Source: Polyangia bacterium (lineage in GTDB: Bacteria; Myxococcota_A; Polyangia; Nannocystales; Nannocystaceae). Taken from it: a stretch of DNA of 64,000 nucleotides. Position numbers and translations under genes: made by a program. This document shows, piece after piece, positions 1 through 11,285 of this stretch. Every line of letters starts with the position of its first letter. Position 1 is the first letter of the stretch. The stretch covers positions 147,599-211,598 of the forward strand of contig JAUIFF010000001.1 of assembly GCA_030429545.1 (NCBI GenBank), written 5' to 3'. Under the pieces are notes generated by a model. The model did not search any database. It was not told where the DNA came from and saw only the letters and a list, made by a program, of their open reading frames with translations.

Positions 1-886
1 TAAGGCGGGTGCGATCGGCAAAGCCAAACGGGTCGACCGGGCGCAAAAACAGGGCCTTGCATCCCAGGTTGACATATGTATCAACAATTTCTTTCCACAG
101 TGGGAGCGTGGCCTTGGTGGTCGTCATGAGGGCCTCGCAGTGGTACAGCGTGGTGTCGAGACCCATCTCTTCGTAGGCTTGGTTGATCCGCTTGATCCAA
201 AACACGGCCTTTTGAAACGCATCCATGGTCGCCAACTTGCGCTGGGCGTTGTGGAGTTTTTCGGGGCCATCGATGCTTGTACAAATTTGTACGCGGTTTT
301 CGAGCAGGTACTGCAACTTCTCCTCAGTCATGAGCGAGAGGTTGGAGACCATCGTGAACTCGAGGTTCTTGCCCAGCGATTTATTTTTCTCGCGGGCGTA
401 CTCGATGATGTGTTTGACCACCTCAAAGTTAACTAGCGGCTCGCCGCCCTGGAACTCGATGGTGACAAACGGATTGGTCGTCGACAGGGCGATGTCCACC
501 GACTTCTCGGCGATTTCCGGCGTCATGTCGGTGTGGACCGCATCCATGTTGGCCCGCGAGGCGTGGCAGTAGATGCAGGTCTCGTTGCAGCGCAGGGTGA
601 CCACCATGACGTGGAGGTTGGGACCGGCGTGCAAAAAGTGTTTGCGGGCCTGCATACGGGCAACGGCATCGGCCACCCGGTAGGTTTTGCGGACAAAGTT
701 CTTGGCGTCGAGCCGCTTGTAGAGCTCGCTCTCCTCCTCGACATCACCCTCGGCGTAGCGCTTAAACTCCTCCTGGGTGAGCAACAAGAAGTTGCCCTCA
801 AAGTTGGTAATGAGGATTTTGTCGGCCACCTGGCGATAGCGAAAAAACGCCTGGAAACTGGTGCTGGGCTTTAATTGGGCGAGCAT
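1..886 (-). CDS. Radical SAM peptide/protein maturase, partial (C-terminus cut by the window edge)
   Basis: Minus-strand ORF from ATG at 886 running off the window start, so absent from the ORF track. Hand translation MLAQLKPSTSFQAFFRYRQVADKILITNFEGNFLLLTQEEFKRYAEGD...LHVMVVTLRCNETCIYCHASRANMD...EFQGGEPLVNF. CNETCIYC is a CX3CX2C radical-SAM 4Fe-4S motif and GGEPL is a SAM-binding motif. Its start ATG overlaps the stop of the upstream 74-aa ORF (TAATG). Confidence 0.75.
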   Translation of the reverse strand, partial: MLAQLKPSTSFQAFFRYRQVADKILITNFEGNFLLLTQEEFKRYAEGDVEEESELYKRLDAKNFVRKTYRVADAVARMQARKHFLHAGPNLHVMVVTLRCNETCIYCHASRANMDAVHTDMTPEIAEKSVDIALSTTNPFVTIEFQGGEPLVNFEVVKHIIEYAREKNKSLGKNLEFTMVSNLSLMTEEKLQYLLENRVQICTSIDGPEKLHNAQRKLATMDAFQKAVFWIKRINQAYEEMGLDTTLYHCEALMTTTKATLPLWKEIVDTYVNLGCKALFLRPVDPFGFADRTRL

Positions 887-1110
887 TAGCTAGCTCCTCC
901 GCGCTGGATCGTGAGCCCTAGGGCGTAGTTGCAAAACTCGTTGCGCAGGCGGTCGGCCATCTGCGGACTTTTGCTGATGAGCTCGACAACCCAGGCATCG
1001 TCCTCTTGTTTGAGCTCGAACGCTGCGAAGTTCGAGAACGCCTTGACGGCCTCGTCGAGCGCTTCGCCGGCGTACACCTGTTTGTCAAACCGCAGGGTCT
1101 GCGCACTCAC
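886..1110 (-). CDS. Small protein (74 aa) translationally coupled to the radical SAM gene; possible HxsD-like partner
   Basis: ORF 886..1110(-). Its stop overlaps the rSAM start and its start overlaps the upstream gene's stop (ATGA-type). Good GC3 bias. Motif LRNEFCNYAL loosely resembles the LLNDYxLRE signature of the His-Xaa-Ser system protein HxsD; this is a weak match. Confidence 0.5.
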   Translation of the reverse strand: MSAQTLRFDKQVYAGEALDEAVKAFSNFAAFELKQEDDAWVVELISKSPQMADRLRNEFCNYALGLTIQRGGAS

Positions 1111-1607
1111 GATGCTGCCCCTTCGTTGGAAGCCTCGGGCTCATCTTGCTTCTGCACTTTCTTGCCGTGCTTGTCCTCCCACGACTGGGCGATGCCCAAC
1201 GGGTCGTCGAAGGCCTCGTCGGAGAAGTCAAACGAGGCGAGGTCGTCGAGCGAGGGCTCGCCCATCGCCCCGGCAATCGCTTGCATGGTGACGGTTTCGA
1301 TGATGGTGCGGTTGTCCTGGGTGATTTGGTGACGCCACGCGCACGAGAGCAACTCGTTGGCAAACTCGCCGACAAGCGCACGCAGGGCCTCGGCCTCGGG
1401 GGCGGCATCTTTGGCCGAGAGGGTGACACGAAAAACCTTGTCGTCGGGCCGATCGATGAACACGTAACACCGGTCGATAAAAATGTAGGATGCGCCGTAC
1501 AGCGCCTGGAGCGGGTAAACCTCAGCGTCGAGGTTGATGCTCACCCGGCCCGCACCGAGCTCGGCTTGGAGGATGCCTTGGGGAATATCCGAAAGTTGTG
1601 TGCCCAT
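1107..1607 (-). CDS. Hypothetical acidic protein, first gene of the rSAM operon
   Basis: ORF 1107..1700(-). The track start at 1700 is a TTG; the first ATG (MGTQLSDIPQGIL...) is at 1607. Strong GC3 codon bias. Acidic C-terminal tail (DDLASFDFSDEAFDDPLG...EPEASNEGAAS). No recognisable domain. Confidence 0.5.
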   Translation of the reverse strand: MGTQLSDIPQGILQAELGAGRVSINLDAEVYPLQALYGASYIFIDRCYVFIDRPDDKVFRVTLSAKDAAPEAEALRALVGEFANELLSCAWRHQITQDNRTIIETVTMQAIAGAMGEPSLDDLASFDFSDEAFDDPLGIAQSWEDKHGKKVQKQDEPEASNEGAAS

Positions 1608-1856
1608 CGATTGTGATCCTGCTGCTGCAGCCGTCCGAGCGAACCCGGGCAGCCGGGGTGCCGGATGGTAACAGGAATCCCGCGGGAGACCCCGTCCCAA
1701 TCAGTGTGCCCCAGGGAATTCTCCGCCCGGTGCAAGCCGGTTTTATCAACCGTGCAGTCGATCTTTACGGTTGGGTGACATGGGTCAGTGGCCGTTTCGA
1801 GATCTTGGCCTAGGCTTGATCGTGAGGAGGTTAGGGGCCGCGCCCCGGATGTATAG

Positions 1857-2474
1857 ATGTTTCGCCAGCCAGCCCAAGCGATCACTTCATACCGCGTCGA
1901 CACCTCGCTCGATGAGCGTCAACGCGAGCTCGCCGACCGCCTTTTAACGGCGGCCAACGAGGCTATTGGACTGGCGATCCTCACCCTCGAAGATGGTTCA
2001 AACGAAGATCTCAGTCGCAGTGAGCGGCACGAGCGGGCAGCGACCGCCCGTCAGTTCTTGGTCGAAGCTGTCACCGCGCTTTCGCGAGCTCGGGTGCTGA
2101 TCCCCGCTGTTCGGACCTATACGGTGGCGGTCATCACCACCGCCGAAACCTCGATCGATGCCGAGCTCGGTCGTCTCCACCAGCTCGCCGTACGGATGCT
2201 GTGGCACAACCACAACCTGTTTCCCAAGCGCATACGCGGTGATCTCAATGCCGAAGACGAGGCCCAGTTGGCCGTTTTTTGCAATGCTCTTGCCCGCAAC
2301 GCCCGGATCGACCGCTTGATGGAGTACCGCTGGATCGTGATTTCGGTAGTGCTCGCTGGGCTCGGCCCGCTGCTCGGAGCACCTTTAATCAGTGCCTACA
2401 TGTTTGTTGTCGCAACTGGCCTGACTGCGGTTCATCTCGCGCGAGCTGCTCGGCGTGCTGCCACGTTCGGGTAA
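1857..2474 (+). CDS. Hypothetical protein with C-terminal transmembrane segment
   Basis: 205-aa ORF with good codon bias and a C-terminal hydrophobic stretch (WIVISVVLAGLGPLLGAPLISAYMFVVATGLTAV). Divergent from the rSAM operon. Confidence 0.45.
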   Translation: MFRQPAQAITSYRVDTSLDERQRELADRLLTAANEAIGLAILTLEDGSNEDLSRSERHERAATARQFLVEAVTALSRARVLIPAVRTYTVAVITTAETSIDAELGRLHQLAVRMLWHNHNLFPKRIRGDLNAEDEAQLAVFCNALARNARIDRLMEYRWIVISVVLAGLGPLLGAPLISAYMFVVATGLTAVHLARAARRAATFG

Positions 2475-2529
2475 GCACTCGGCGCTTTGCACCCGAAGGT
2501 CGTTTAAGTCGAGGACGACCGCGAGCTTG

Positions 2530-2725
2530 GGCTACTCCTCTTTGGGGAATCAACCAGCTTCGTCGGGCACTGTGCGCATCGGTCGAACTCAAGCTGTCGG
2601 CCGAACGCGCATCACCCAGCCCTTCGTCGGGCACAGTCGGACGACCGCACGTGGGCCACTCCTCGTTGGGGGAATCAACCAGCCCTTCGCCGGGCACAAA
2701 CTCGAGCTGTCGGGCGCGGGCGACT
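2530..2725. repeat. Intergenic imperfect direct repeats (~65 bp, 2 copies plus a partial third) between convergent genes downstream of parB
   Basis: ctcctctttggggaatcaaccagcttcgtcgggcac...tcgaactcaagctgtcggccg at ~2536 recurs as ctcctcgttgggggaatcaaccagcccttcgccgggcac...ctcgagctgtcgggcg at ~2661. A shorter tcacccagcccttcgtcgggcac copy lies at ~2612. Confidence 0.6.
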
Positions 2726-3632
2726 AGTGCCCAGGCTGCAAAAACACATTGAGCAGGCGTTCTAGCTCGTCGAGGCTTTGATACGGAACCTCGATCTTGC
2801 CGGCGCCCTTGCGCGCGCGATTTGGTTTGAGAGCAACCTTGACTCCGAGCGAGCGTCGCAGCCGTTGCTCGAGGTCGCGAACAATGACATCGCGGCGGCG
2901 TTGCTCTGGATCGACTTCGGCTTCGGGCTCATCTTCGGCTTCCCACGAGCGGACGGCAGCCTCCACGGCCCGAACACTCAGGCGGTTGCGGATCGCCTCG
3001 TGGGCGAGATCGATCATGTCTCCCTGGTCGGAAAGGCCGAGTAGGGCACGGGCATGCCCCATCGAAAGCGCACCCTCTACCACCAGGTCTTGGACCTGTT
3101 GCGGCAGCTTGAGCAGGCGTAATGCATTGCTGACGGTGCTGCGGTCCTTGCCGAGCCGGGTGGCGAGTTGCTCGTGGGTGTAGCCCGCGAGGTCCATCAG
3201 CCCCTCGAACGCTCGGGCTTCTTCAATCGGATTGAGATCCTCGCGCTGCAGGTTTTCGACAATCGCAAGCTCTAGGCGCTCCTGCTCAGATGAGTCACGG
3301 ACAATCACTGGGACTTCGTGCAGTCCGGCGAGGCCGGCCGCCCGCCAGCGGCGTTCGCCGGCAATGATCTGATAGTTGCCGGTGTCGAGCGGGGTGACCA
3401 CGAGCGGTTGAATGATCCCGTGTTGCTTGATGCTTTCGGCAAGGTCGTGCAGGGCTTCGGGCGAAAACACCTTGCGCGGTTGTTCGCGGTTTGGCGCGAG
3501 GCTTTCGATCGGCAGTTGCCGCAGCCCCGAGCGCGGGTGCGAAGCGGGCACGGGAGTGGGCTCTTCGGCCTGTTTTTGGGGCAATAGGGCCCCGAGGCCA
3601 CGGCCTAGCGGACGTCGTTTGGGAGTGCTCAC
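2724..3632 (-). CDS. parB: Chromosome partitioning protein ParB
   Basis: 302 aa. N-terminal RRPLGRGLGALL, GERRWRAA box and HTH region, all typical of chromosomal ParB/Spo0J. Overlaps the parA stop (operon). Confidence 0.92.
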   Translation of the reverse strand: MSTPKRRPLGRGLGALLPQKQAEEPTPVPASHPRSGLRQLPIESLAPNREQPRKVFSPEALHDLAESIKQHGIIQPLVVTPLDTGNYQIIAGERRWRAAGLAGLHEVPVIVRDSSEQERLELAIVENLQREDLNPIEEARAFEGLMDLAGYTHEQLATRLGKDRSTVSNALRLLKLPQQVQDLVVEGALSMGHARALLGLSDQGDMIDLAHEAIRNRLSVRAVEAAVRSWEAEDEPEAEVDPEQRRRDVIVRDLEQRLRRSLGVKVALKPNRARKGAGKIEVPYQSLDELERLLNVFLQPGH

Positions 3633-4453
3633 GCAGTCGCCCTTTCTTCGATACGGGTCAAAAGTTCGTGGGCAAGGTCGAGGTAGGCTTGAGCTCCCTT
3701 ACTCTCGACATCGTACAAAAGTGCCGGTTTGCCGTGGCTCGGGCTTTCGCTCAAGCGGATGTTTTGCGGGATCCGGGTGGCGAACGCGTATTGCGGAAAG
3801 TGCTCGGCAACCTCGGCAACCACACTCTGGGCGAGGTTGGTCCGGCGGTCGAACATACAAAACACGATCCCCTCGATGTGAAGACGTGGGTTGAGGGCTT
3901 CGCGAACCGCAGCGATGGTGTTGTGCAAGGCACTGAGCCCCTCGAGCGAAAAGTAGCGGGCCAACATCGGTATGAGGACGCGATCAGAGGCGACCAAACC
4001 GTTTAAAGTGAGTAGCCCCAACGACGGCGGGCAGTCGATAAAGACAAATCGATATTGCTTTGCCGCGATCGCCCGGGCGAGCGCCCGCGACAGGCGTGTT
4101 TCGCGGTGTTCGGCCTCGACCAACTCGATTTCGGCCCCGATCAAATCAGGCGACGCGGGCACGAGGTGGAGTTCGGGCAGTTCGGTCGGCAGGGTGACCG
4201 CTTCGAGGGAGGCCTCGCCAAGGAGCAATTCGTAGGTTCCGCGCTCTACCTGTTCACGCGGGTAGCCCAGCGACGACGACGCGTTGCCCTGTGGATCGAG
4301 ATCGACCAGCAATACCGGAAACTCGGCGGCAGCGAGACTCGCAGCGAGGTTGACCGCGGTCGTCGTTTTCCCAACACCACCCTTTTGGTTGCTGACCGCG
4401 AGGACAGTCGTTGGGTGTGTCGTCGATGCACAAGCCTCCGGCACAGCGGGCAT
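3629..4453 (-). CDS. parA: Chromosome partitioning ATPase ParA/Soj
   Basis: 274 aa. Deviant Walker A KGGVGKTT, typical ParA length. Immediately upstream of parB with a 4-nt overlap. Confidence 0.92.
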   Translation of the reverse strand: MPAVPEACASTTHPTTVLAVSNQKGGVGKTTTAVNLAASLAAAEFPVLLVDLDPQGNASSSLGYPREQVERGTYELLLGEASLEAVTLPTELPELHLVPASPDLIGAEIELVEAEHRETRLSRALARAIAAKQYRFVFIDCPPSLGLLTLNGLVASDRVLIPMLARYFSLEGLSALHNTIAAVREALNPRLHIEGIVFCMFDRRTNLAQSVVAEVAEHFPQYAFATRIPQNIRLSESPSHGKPALLYDVESKGAQAYLDLAHELLTRIEERATA

Positions 4454-4608
4454 TCCTTACCACAACGGATCGCACGGTTCGTCCCAGGAAGTGGCCGATT
4501 CGAACTGGCGATCAAAAGTCGGTAGGTTTTTTGCCTACATGTCGGATGATCAATTACATCCTCTTTATCGATACCGCGTGGGTGTCGAACAGGAGTCAGG
4601 AGACAGAC

Positions 4609-4773
4609 ATGAGTTACTTCCGTACGCGTTTTCGCAGCTTCGAAGAGTTCCAACGCGAGGTCAGCTACCACCGTGAAGAGCTTGGCAAAGACGAGCTCGA
4701 GCTGTTGCGCGAGCTCGAGGATGAAGACAACTTTGACCGCCGCCCGCGTCAAGCTCGCGCCTACTGGGAGTAA
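4609..4773 (+). CDS. Putative small protein (54 aa) on the opposite strand within the parA upstream region
   Basis: ATG at 4609 preceded by aggagtcaggagacagac (strong RBS). Charged sequence MSYFRTRFRSFEEFQREVSYHREELGKDELELLRELEDEDNFDRRPRQARAYWE with GC3 ~70%. Confidence 0.4.
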   Translation: MSYFRTRFRSFEEFQREVSYHREELGKDELELLRELEDEDNFDRRPRQARAYWE

Positions 4774-4777
4774 CCGA

Positions 4778-6184
4778 TTAGCTGCCGGGTGTGGGTTCGG
4801 CGAACGCCCACGAACTCGGCAGGTCGGGATCTTGTGGCGAGCGCACCACTGCCTGTTCGGTGTGGAGCGGATTGGGCTCAGCCGACGGATCCTCCCATTG
4901 CCGGTAGGTCGAATGCGGTTGGCCCTCGGGGTCGAGTAGCACCACCGGCTCGGTCGAAGTCAGGCCGCCATCGGCAAGCGTCGTATCGTCGGTCTCGAGC
5001 ACCAGGGCATCGCCGCCAACACCCTGGTATGCGTTGCCCACCAGCAGCGCGACATGTCCCGGCGCGAGGCATGTCTGGGGCTGACACCCGCCGTCACCTG
5101 CACGGTACAAAAGCGGATCTGTGCCCGGAGCATCGTCGACAAGACTGTCGGCGATTTGCCAATTTTGCAGGTCAACTTCTACATCGGAAGTATTGATCAA
5201 CTCGATGAACTCATAATGTTTTTCCTGTGAGCCCGAGCCCTCCGGATTGGCCAACACTTCGCGGATCACAAGTGCGCCGGGAGGCGTTGGTTCAAGCTCT
5301 CCTTCGGTCATTTCGCCCTCGGTTGTCTCGCTCTCACCGGTTGTTTCAGAGTCGGTCTCGCCTGGCTCCGGCAGCGAAACTTCGCCGGGCGATGGTGGGC
5401 ATGCGAGCCAATCGGCCGCGGAGTTGGTGTCGATGTCAAACGGAACGCGGCAGATCGAGTTGCCGCTTTCGGGGGTTTTTGCGGCCGGCATGGCAAAGTC
5501 ATCTTTGTTGGCAAAAGGTGGCGGTTGCGGACCGCCGTAGACCACCGCATCGATCACCTCCTCGGTTGCGCTATCGGCCACAAGCACCGCTCCGTCGGCG
5601 TTTCGCAACCCTGAACTCGCGGCGAAAGCGAGCTCCACGCCAGCGTCGCCCAGGACGATCGCCGGGTCGGGGAGGGCGGCGGCTTCAAACCTCTGCACCA
5701 CGACTGTCTGCCCCGGGTCGAGTTTGAGATCGCCCCAGCCGAGTTCGTCAAAGTCGAGCGTTGGCCACGTGCGCGCCTGGAGTTGAAGCCCGCCAAGTTC
5801 GATCGGTGTGTTGCCGGTGTGGACCAGCTCGACAAACTCCGGTGCTCCCGGGCCGCCGTCTTTGCCCTCGGGATTGCTGTGGACTTCGGTGAGCAGCAAC
5901 CATTGCAAGTCGGGGTTTGGCTCGGGCTTAGGCGTCGGATGCGGGCCTGTCGGAGCGGGCGGTGTCCACTGCTTGTCGGGGGGTTGGAGGTTGGGACCGC
6001 CGGTGGACGGGCCAGGGAGATCTGGCCATGAAGGCGTGTCGAACGGACCGGCGATACCGGTCGTGGTGTCGGCAGGCAGCGATGGGTCGGAACTGCAAGC
6101 GGCCGTTGCGGGAAAGCTCATCAACGTGCCGAGTCCGAGTTGCAGGAACAAAAGGGTTGTGGGTCGAGACACAGGGGTCATGAC
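4778..6184 (-). CDS. Secreted lipoprotein with two lamin-tail (LTD) domains
   Basis: Start refined to MTPVSRPTTLLFLQLGLGTLMSFPATAAC (signal peptide, lipobox Cys). Two LTD-like segments: LLLTEVHSNPEGKDGGPGAPEFVELVHTGNTPIELGGLQL and LVIREVLANPEGSGSQEKHYEFIELINTSDVEVDLQNWQIAD. Pro/Thr/Glu-rich linkers. Confidence 0.7.
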   Translation of the reverse strand, partial: VMTPVSRPTTLLFLQLGLGTLMSFPATAACSSDPSLPADTTTGIAGPFDTPSWPDLPGPSTGGPNLQPPDKQWTPPAPTGPHPTPKPEPNPDLQWLLLTEVHSNPEGKDGGPGAPEFVELVHTGNTPIELGGLQLQARTWPTLDFDELGWGDLKLDPGQTVVVQRFEAAALPDPAIVLGDAGVELAFAASSGLRNADGAVLVADSATEEVIDAVVYGGPQPPPFANKDDFAMPAAKTPESGNSICRVPFDIDTNSAADWLACPPSPGEVSLPEPGETDSETTGESETTEGEMTEGELEPTPPGALVIREVLANPEGSGSQEKHYEFIELINTSDVEVDLQNWQIADSLVDDAPGTDPLLYRAGDGGCQPQTCLAPGHVALLVGNAYQGVGGDALVLETDDTTLADGGLTSTEPVVLLDPEGQPHSTYRQWEDPSAEPNPLHTEQAVVRSPQDPDLPSSWAFAEPTPGS

Positions 6185-6326
6185 CGCACCCCATCGGTCG
6201 CGCGCGCGAGTTGTTGCACCCACACTCAAATCAATTGAGCGCGAGCACATGCGTGATTTGAGCAACTTCGCGTGAAATGTCGGTTGTTGACAGGTCCAGC
6301 GCCAGTGTTACCGTTGCGCCGAACTT

Positions 6327-8738
6327 GTGACTGATAACGTCTCACATTCCGCACCCCCCTCAGACTCTGAACCCGTTGAACTGCCTCCGGAACTTTCCCT
6401 GCTTCCGCTGCGCAACTCGGTTTTATTTCCCGGCTCGATCATCCCTATCGATGTGGGCCGGCCCAAGTCGGTCCGCCTGATCGAAGAGGCCATCGCCAAC
6501 GAACGGCCGATCATCGGGATCGTCGCCCAAAAGGAAGCCCGCGTCGAAAACCCCTCGCGCGACGACCTGTTCAGCGTTGGCTGTGCAGCTCGGATCCTCA
6601 AGGTCATCAAGCTGGCGAAGGATAACTACAGCGTCATCCTCCAGGGGGTCGCCCGGATCCAGCTCGACGAACTCGTCGCCGAGGAGCCGTTTTTACAGGC
6701 TCGAGTCACAGAGATTCCCGACATCCATGTCGACCGCGCCGAGTCCGAGGCTCTCGTCCTCAACATCAAAGACACGGCCAAACGCCTGATCGCCCTGGTC
6801 CCCGAGCTTCCCCGCGAAGCTGCGGCTCTGATCGACAGCGTGTCCGACCCGAGCCAGGTCGCCGACCTCGTCATCAGCAACCTCGACATCGAGACCAGCG
6901 AAAAGCAGGACGTTTTAGAGTCGAACCACGTCAACGAACGCCTGCGTCAGGTGTTGACGCTGCTCACCCGGCAACTCGAGATTCTCAAAGTCCGCGAGCG
7001 GATCAACTCCCAGGTCCAGGAGGAGATGGGCCACAGCCAACGCGAGTATGTGCTGCGGCAACAACTCAAAGCCATCAAGGGCGAGCTCGGTGAGATCGAC
7101 GAAGATGGTGGTGACGTCGAGGAGTTCGACCGCCGGATCAAAGAGGCCAAGATGCCCGAGGAGGCAGAGCGGGCCGCTCGCAAGCAGCTCGACCGGCTCA
7201 AGTCGATGCAGCCTTCGAGTGCCGAGTACACGGTGACCCGCACCTACTTAGAATGGCTCACCGACTTGCCGTGGTCGATCTCTACTGAAGATCAGTTGGA
7301 GATCCAGACCGTTCGCGATGTCCTCAACGAAGACCACTACGACCTCGAAAAGGTCAAAAAGCGGATCCTCGAGTACATGGCGGTGCTCAAGCTCAACGCC
7401 TCAAAAAAGGGTCCGATCCTGTGTTTGCTCGGCCCGCCCGGCGTCGGCAAGACCTCGCTCGGCAAAAGCATTGCTCGGGCGATCGGCCGCAAGTTTGTCC
7501 GGATCTCCCTCGGTGGCGTGCGCGACGAGGCCGAGATTCGCGGTCACCGGCGGACCTACGTTGGTTCGTTGCCCGGCCGCATTGTTCAGGGGCTCAAAAA
7601 AGCCGGCACCAACAACCCGGTGATCATGCTCGACGAGATCGACAAACTCGGGCACGATTTTCGCGGCGACCCGGGTGCGGCACTTCTCGAAGTTTTAGAC
7701 CCCGAGCAAAACCACACGTTCAGCGACCACTACCTCGAAGTCACGTTTGACCTCTCGCGGGTGATGTTTATCGCCACCGCCAACTACCTCGATCCGATTC
7801 CGCCGGCCCTCAAGGACCGTTTGGAAATCCTCGAGTTGCCCGGCTACACCCGCCAGGAAAAGCTGGCGATCGCCCGCCGGTTTTTGTTGCCTAAGCAAAT
7901 ATCGGAACACGGACTGCTCGATCACAGCGTCGAAGTTACGTTTGCCGACGAAGCCCTGTTGGAGCTGATCGACAGCTACACCCACGAGGCTGGCGTTCGC
8001 AACTTAGAGCGCGAGATAAGCTCAGTGATCCGCGGGATCGCGGTCAAGGTTGTCGAGGGCGAAGTCGGTAAGCAGATCGCGGTCGTCCGCGACGACATCC
8101 CCGGCTACCTCGGTCCGCAAAAATACCTCTCGGAGATGGCCGAACGGACAGCCGAACCTGGGGTTGCCACTGGACTTGCGTGGACACCCGTCGGCGGCGA
8201 GATCATGTTTGTCGAGGCCACCCACATGCCGGGCAAGGGCGGCTTGATGCTCACCGGACAACTCGGCGACGTCATGAAAGAGTCGGCCCAGGCGGCGATG
8301 AGCTACGTCAAGAGTCGGCACGCCCAACTCGGCATCGAGCACAGCCAGATCGAGGGCCACGACATCCATGTCCACGTGCCAGCGGGTGGGATCCCCAAAG
8401 ATGGTCCGTCTGCCGGTGTGGCGATGTTCTCGGCGATCGTTTCGCTACTCACCAAAACCTGCATCCTCCCCGATGTCGCCATGACCGGCGAAATCACCCT
8501 GCGTGGTCTCGTGCTACCGGTTGGCGGGATCAAAGAAAAGATGCTGGCGGCCCACCGTGCCGGTATCAAGCACATCGTGCTCCCCGAGCGAAATGCCAAG
8601 GACGTTGTCGACGTACCCGAGGAGATCCGCGAGGAGATGCAAATCAGCTACGTCAAGAACGTCAACGAGGTGCTCGACAAGGTGCTCGACCGCGGCTCGT
8701 CTGAACAGGCGTCGAAACCGGCCGAATCGGCGGATTGA
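6327..8738 (+). CDS. lon: ATP-dependent Lon protease
   Basis: 803 aa. N-terminal LON domain (LPLLPLRNSVLFPGSIIPIDVGR), AAA+ Walker A GPPGVGKTS, C-terminal protease domain with the catalytic PKDGPSAG serine motif. Confidence 0.95.
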   Translation: MTDNVSHSAPPSDSEPVELPPELSLLPLRNSVLFPGSIIPIDVGRPKSVRLIEEAIANERPIIGIVAQKEARVENPSRDDLFSVGCAARILKVIKLAKDNYSVILQGVARIQLDELVAEEPFLQARVTEIPDIHVDRAESEALVLNIKDTAKRLIALVPELPREAAALIDSVSDPSQVADLVISNLDIETSEKQDVLESNHVNERLRQVLTLLTRQLEILKVRERINSQVQEEMGHSQREYVLRQQLKAIKGELGEIDEDGGDVEEFDRRIKEAKMPEEAERAARKQLDRLKSMQPSSAEYTVTRTYLEWLTDLPWSISTEDQLEIQTVRDVLNEDHYDLEKVKKRILEYMAVLKLNASKKGPILCLLGPPGVGKTSLGKSIARAIGRKFVRISLGGVRDEAEIRGHRRTYVGSLPGRIVQGLKKAGTNNPVIMLDEIDKLGHDFRGDPGAALLEVLDPEQNHTFSDHYLEVTFDLSRVMFIATANYLDPIPPALKDRLEILELPGYTRQEKLAIARRFLLPKQISEHGLLDHSVEVTFADEALLELIDSYTHEAGVRNLEREISSVIRGIAVKVVEGEVGKQIAVVRDDIPGYLGPQKYLSEMAERTAEPGVATGLAWTPVGGEIMFVEATHMPGKGGLMLTGQLGDVMKESAQAAMSYVKSRHAQLGIEHSQIEGHDIHVHVPAGGIPKDGPSAGVAMFSAIVSLLTKTCILPDVAMTGEITLRGLVLPVGGIKEKMLAAHRAGIKHIVLPERNAKDVVDVPEEIREEMQISYVKNVNEVLDKVLDRGSSEQASKPAESAD

Positions 8739-9024
8739 TTGCACGCACACCGAGTGTCACCGCAGCTCTCGCAGTTGCGGTGGCATCTCAATTGGTTTTT
8801 TCGCGTCACGGCCAATCTACACGTGAAACGGGCATGGGCAACCTCACTAGTTTTTTCTCGATAAAGTTGGGCATCAGCGGTTGCGAAAATCTGAGTCGAT
8901 CGCAAGGTTCCGCCCGTGGCAACGCCGGCCAAACACCCCACCGGCCCCGATCGCTCGCCACACAAGTTTAGAGAGACCCCTTCGACGCGAACCGTGGCGT
9001 TGAAGCCCTGAAAGGACATCGAAA

Positions 9025-10944
<1,920 letters not shown>

Positions 10945-10965
10945 CCCGCCCACGGGTTTGAAACG

Positions 10966-10990
10966 GGCCGGCACCAAGCCGGCCTTTTTC
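10966..10990 (+). terminator. Rho-independent terminator of dnaK
   Basis: GGCCGGC-accaa-GCCGGCC hairpin followed by TTTTT, 22 nt after the dnaK stop. Confidence 0.75.
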
Positions 10991-11285
10991 ATTGGTTCGG
11001 CGCGATACATTTAAGTTGTTCATACATATAATATAGATGTTGATACATGTATGATTCGTAGGTGTGGGCAAAATTGAACGTCGATCGAGCCTTGGTAGGC
11101 GCGCGCACCAAAAATTGGCGGGCCCCCTTGCTTCCCGGCGACAACTTCCCTAAGCTTCCTGTGGGCGCGCAGGGGTGCCCAACCCGCCAGAAGATGGATT
11201 CACCCTGCTTGTTTGTTACGGTTGTTCGTCATTGCAACCACTTCTCGGCCGAGATTGTGCGGGGCCAGGTCGATGGGGATGTGCG

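Noticed and set aside
8758-8800. Hairpin caccgca-gctctcgcagt-tgcggtg after the lon stop, as lon terminator
   Set aside because: The stem is present, but the T-run (ttttttc) lies ~15 nt downstream of the stem rather than adjacent. Kept only as a weak candidate, not listed as a feature.
8806-8835. parS-like half site atctaCACGTGAAACgg between lon and dnaK
   Set aside because: Only the right half (CACGTGAAAC) matches canonical parS; the left arm does not, so the 16-bp palindrome is incomplete. A similar gttCACGTGcac motif in the cupin repeats is likewise not palindromic.
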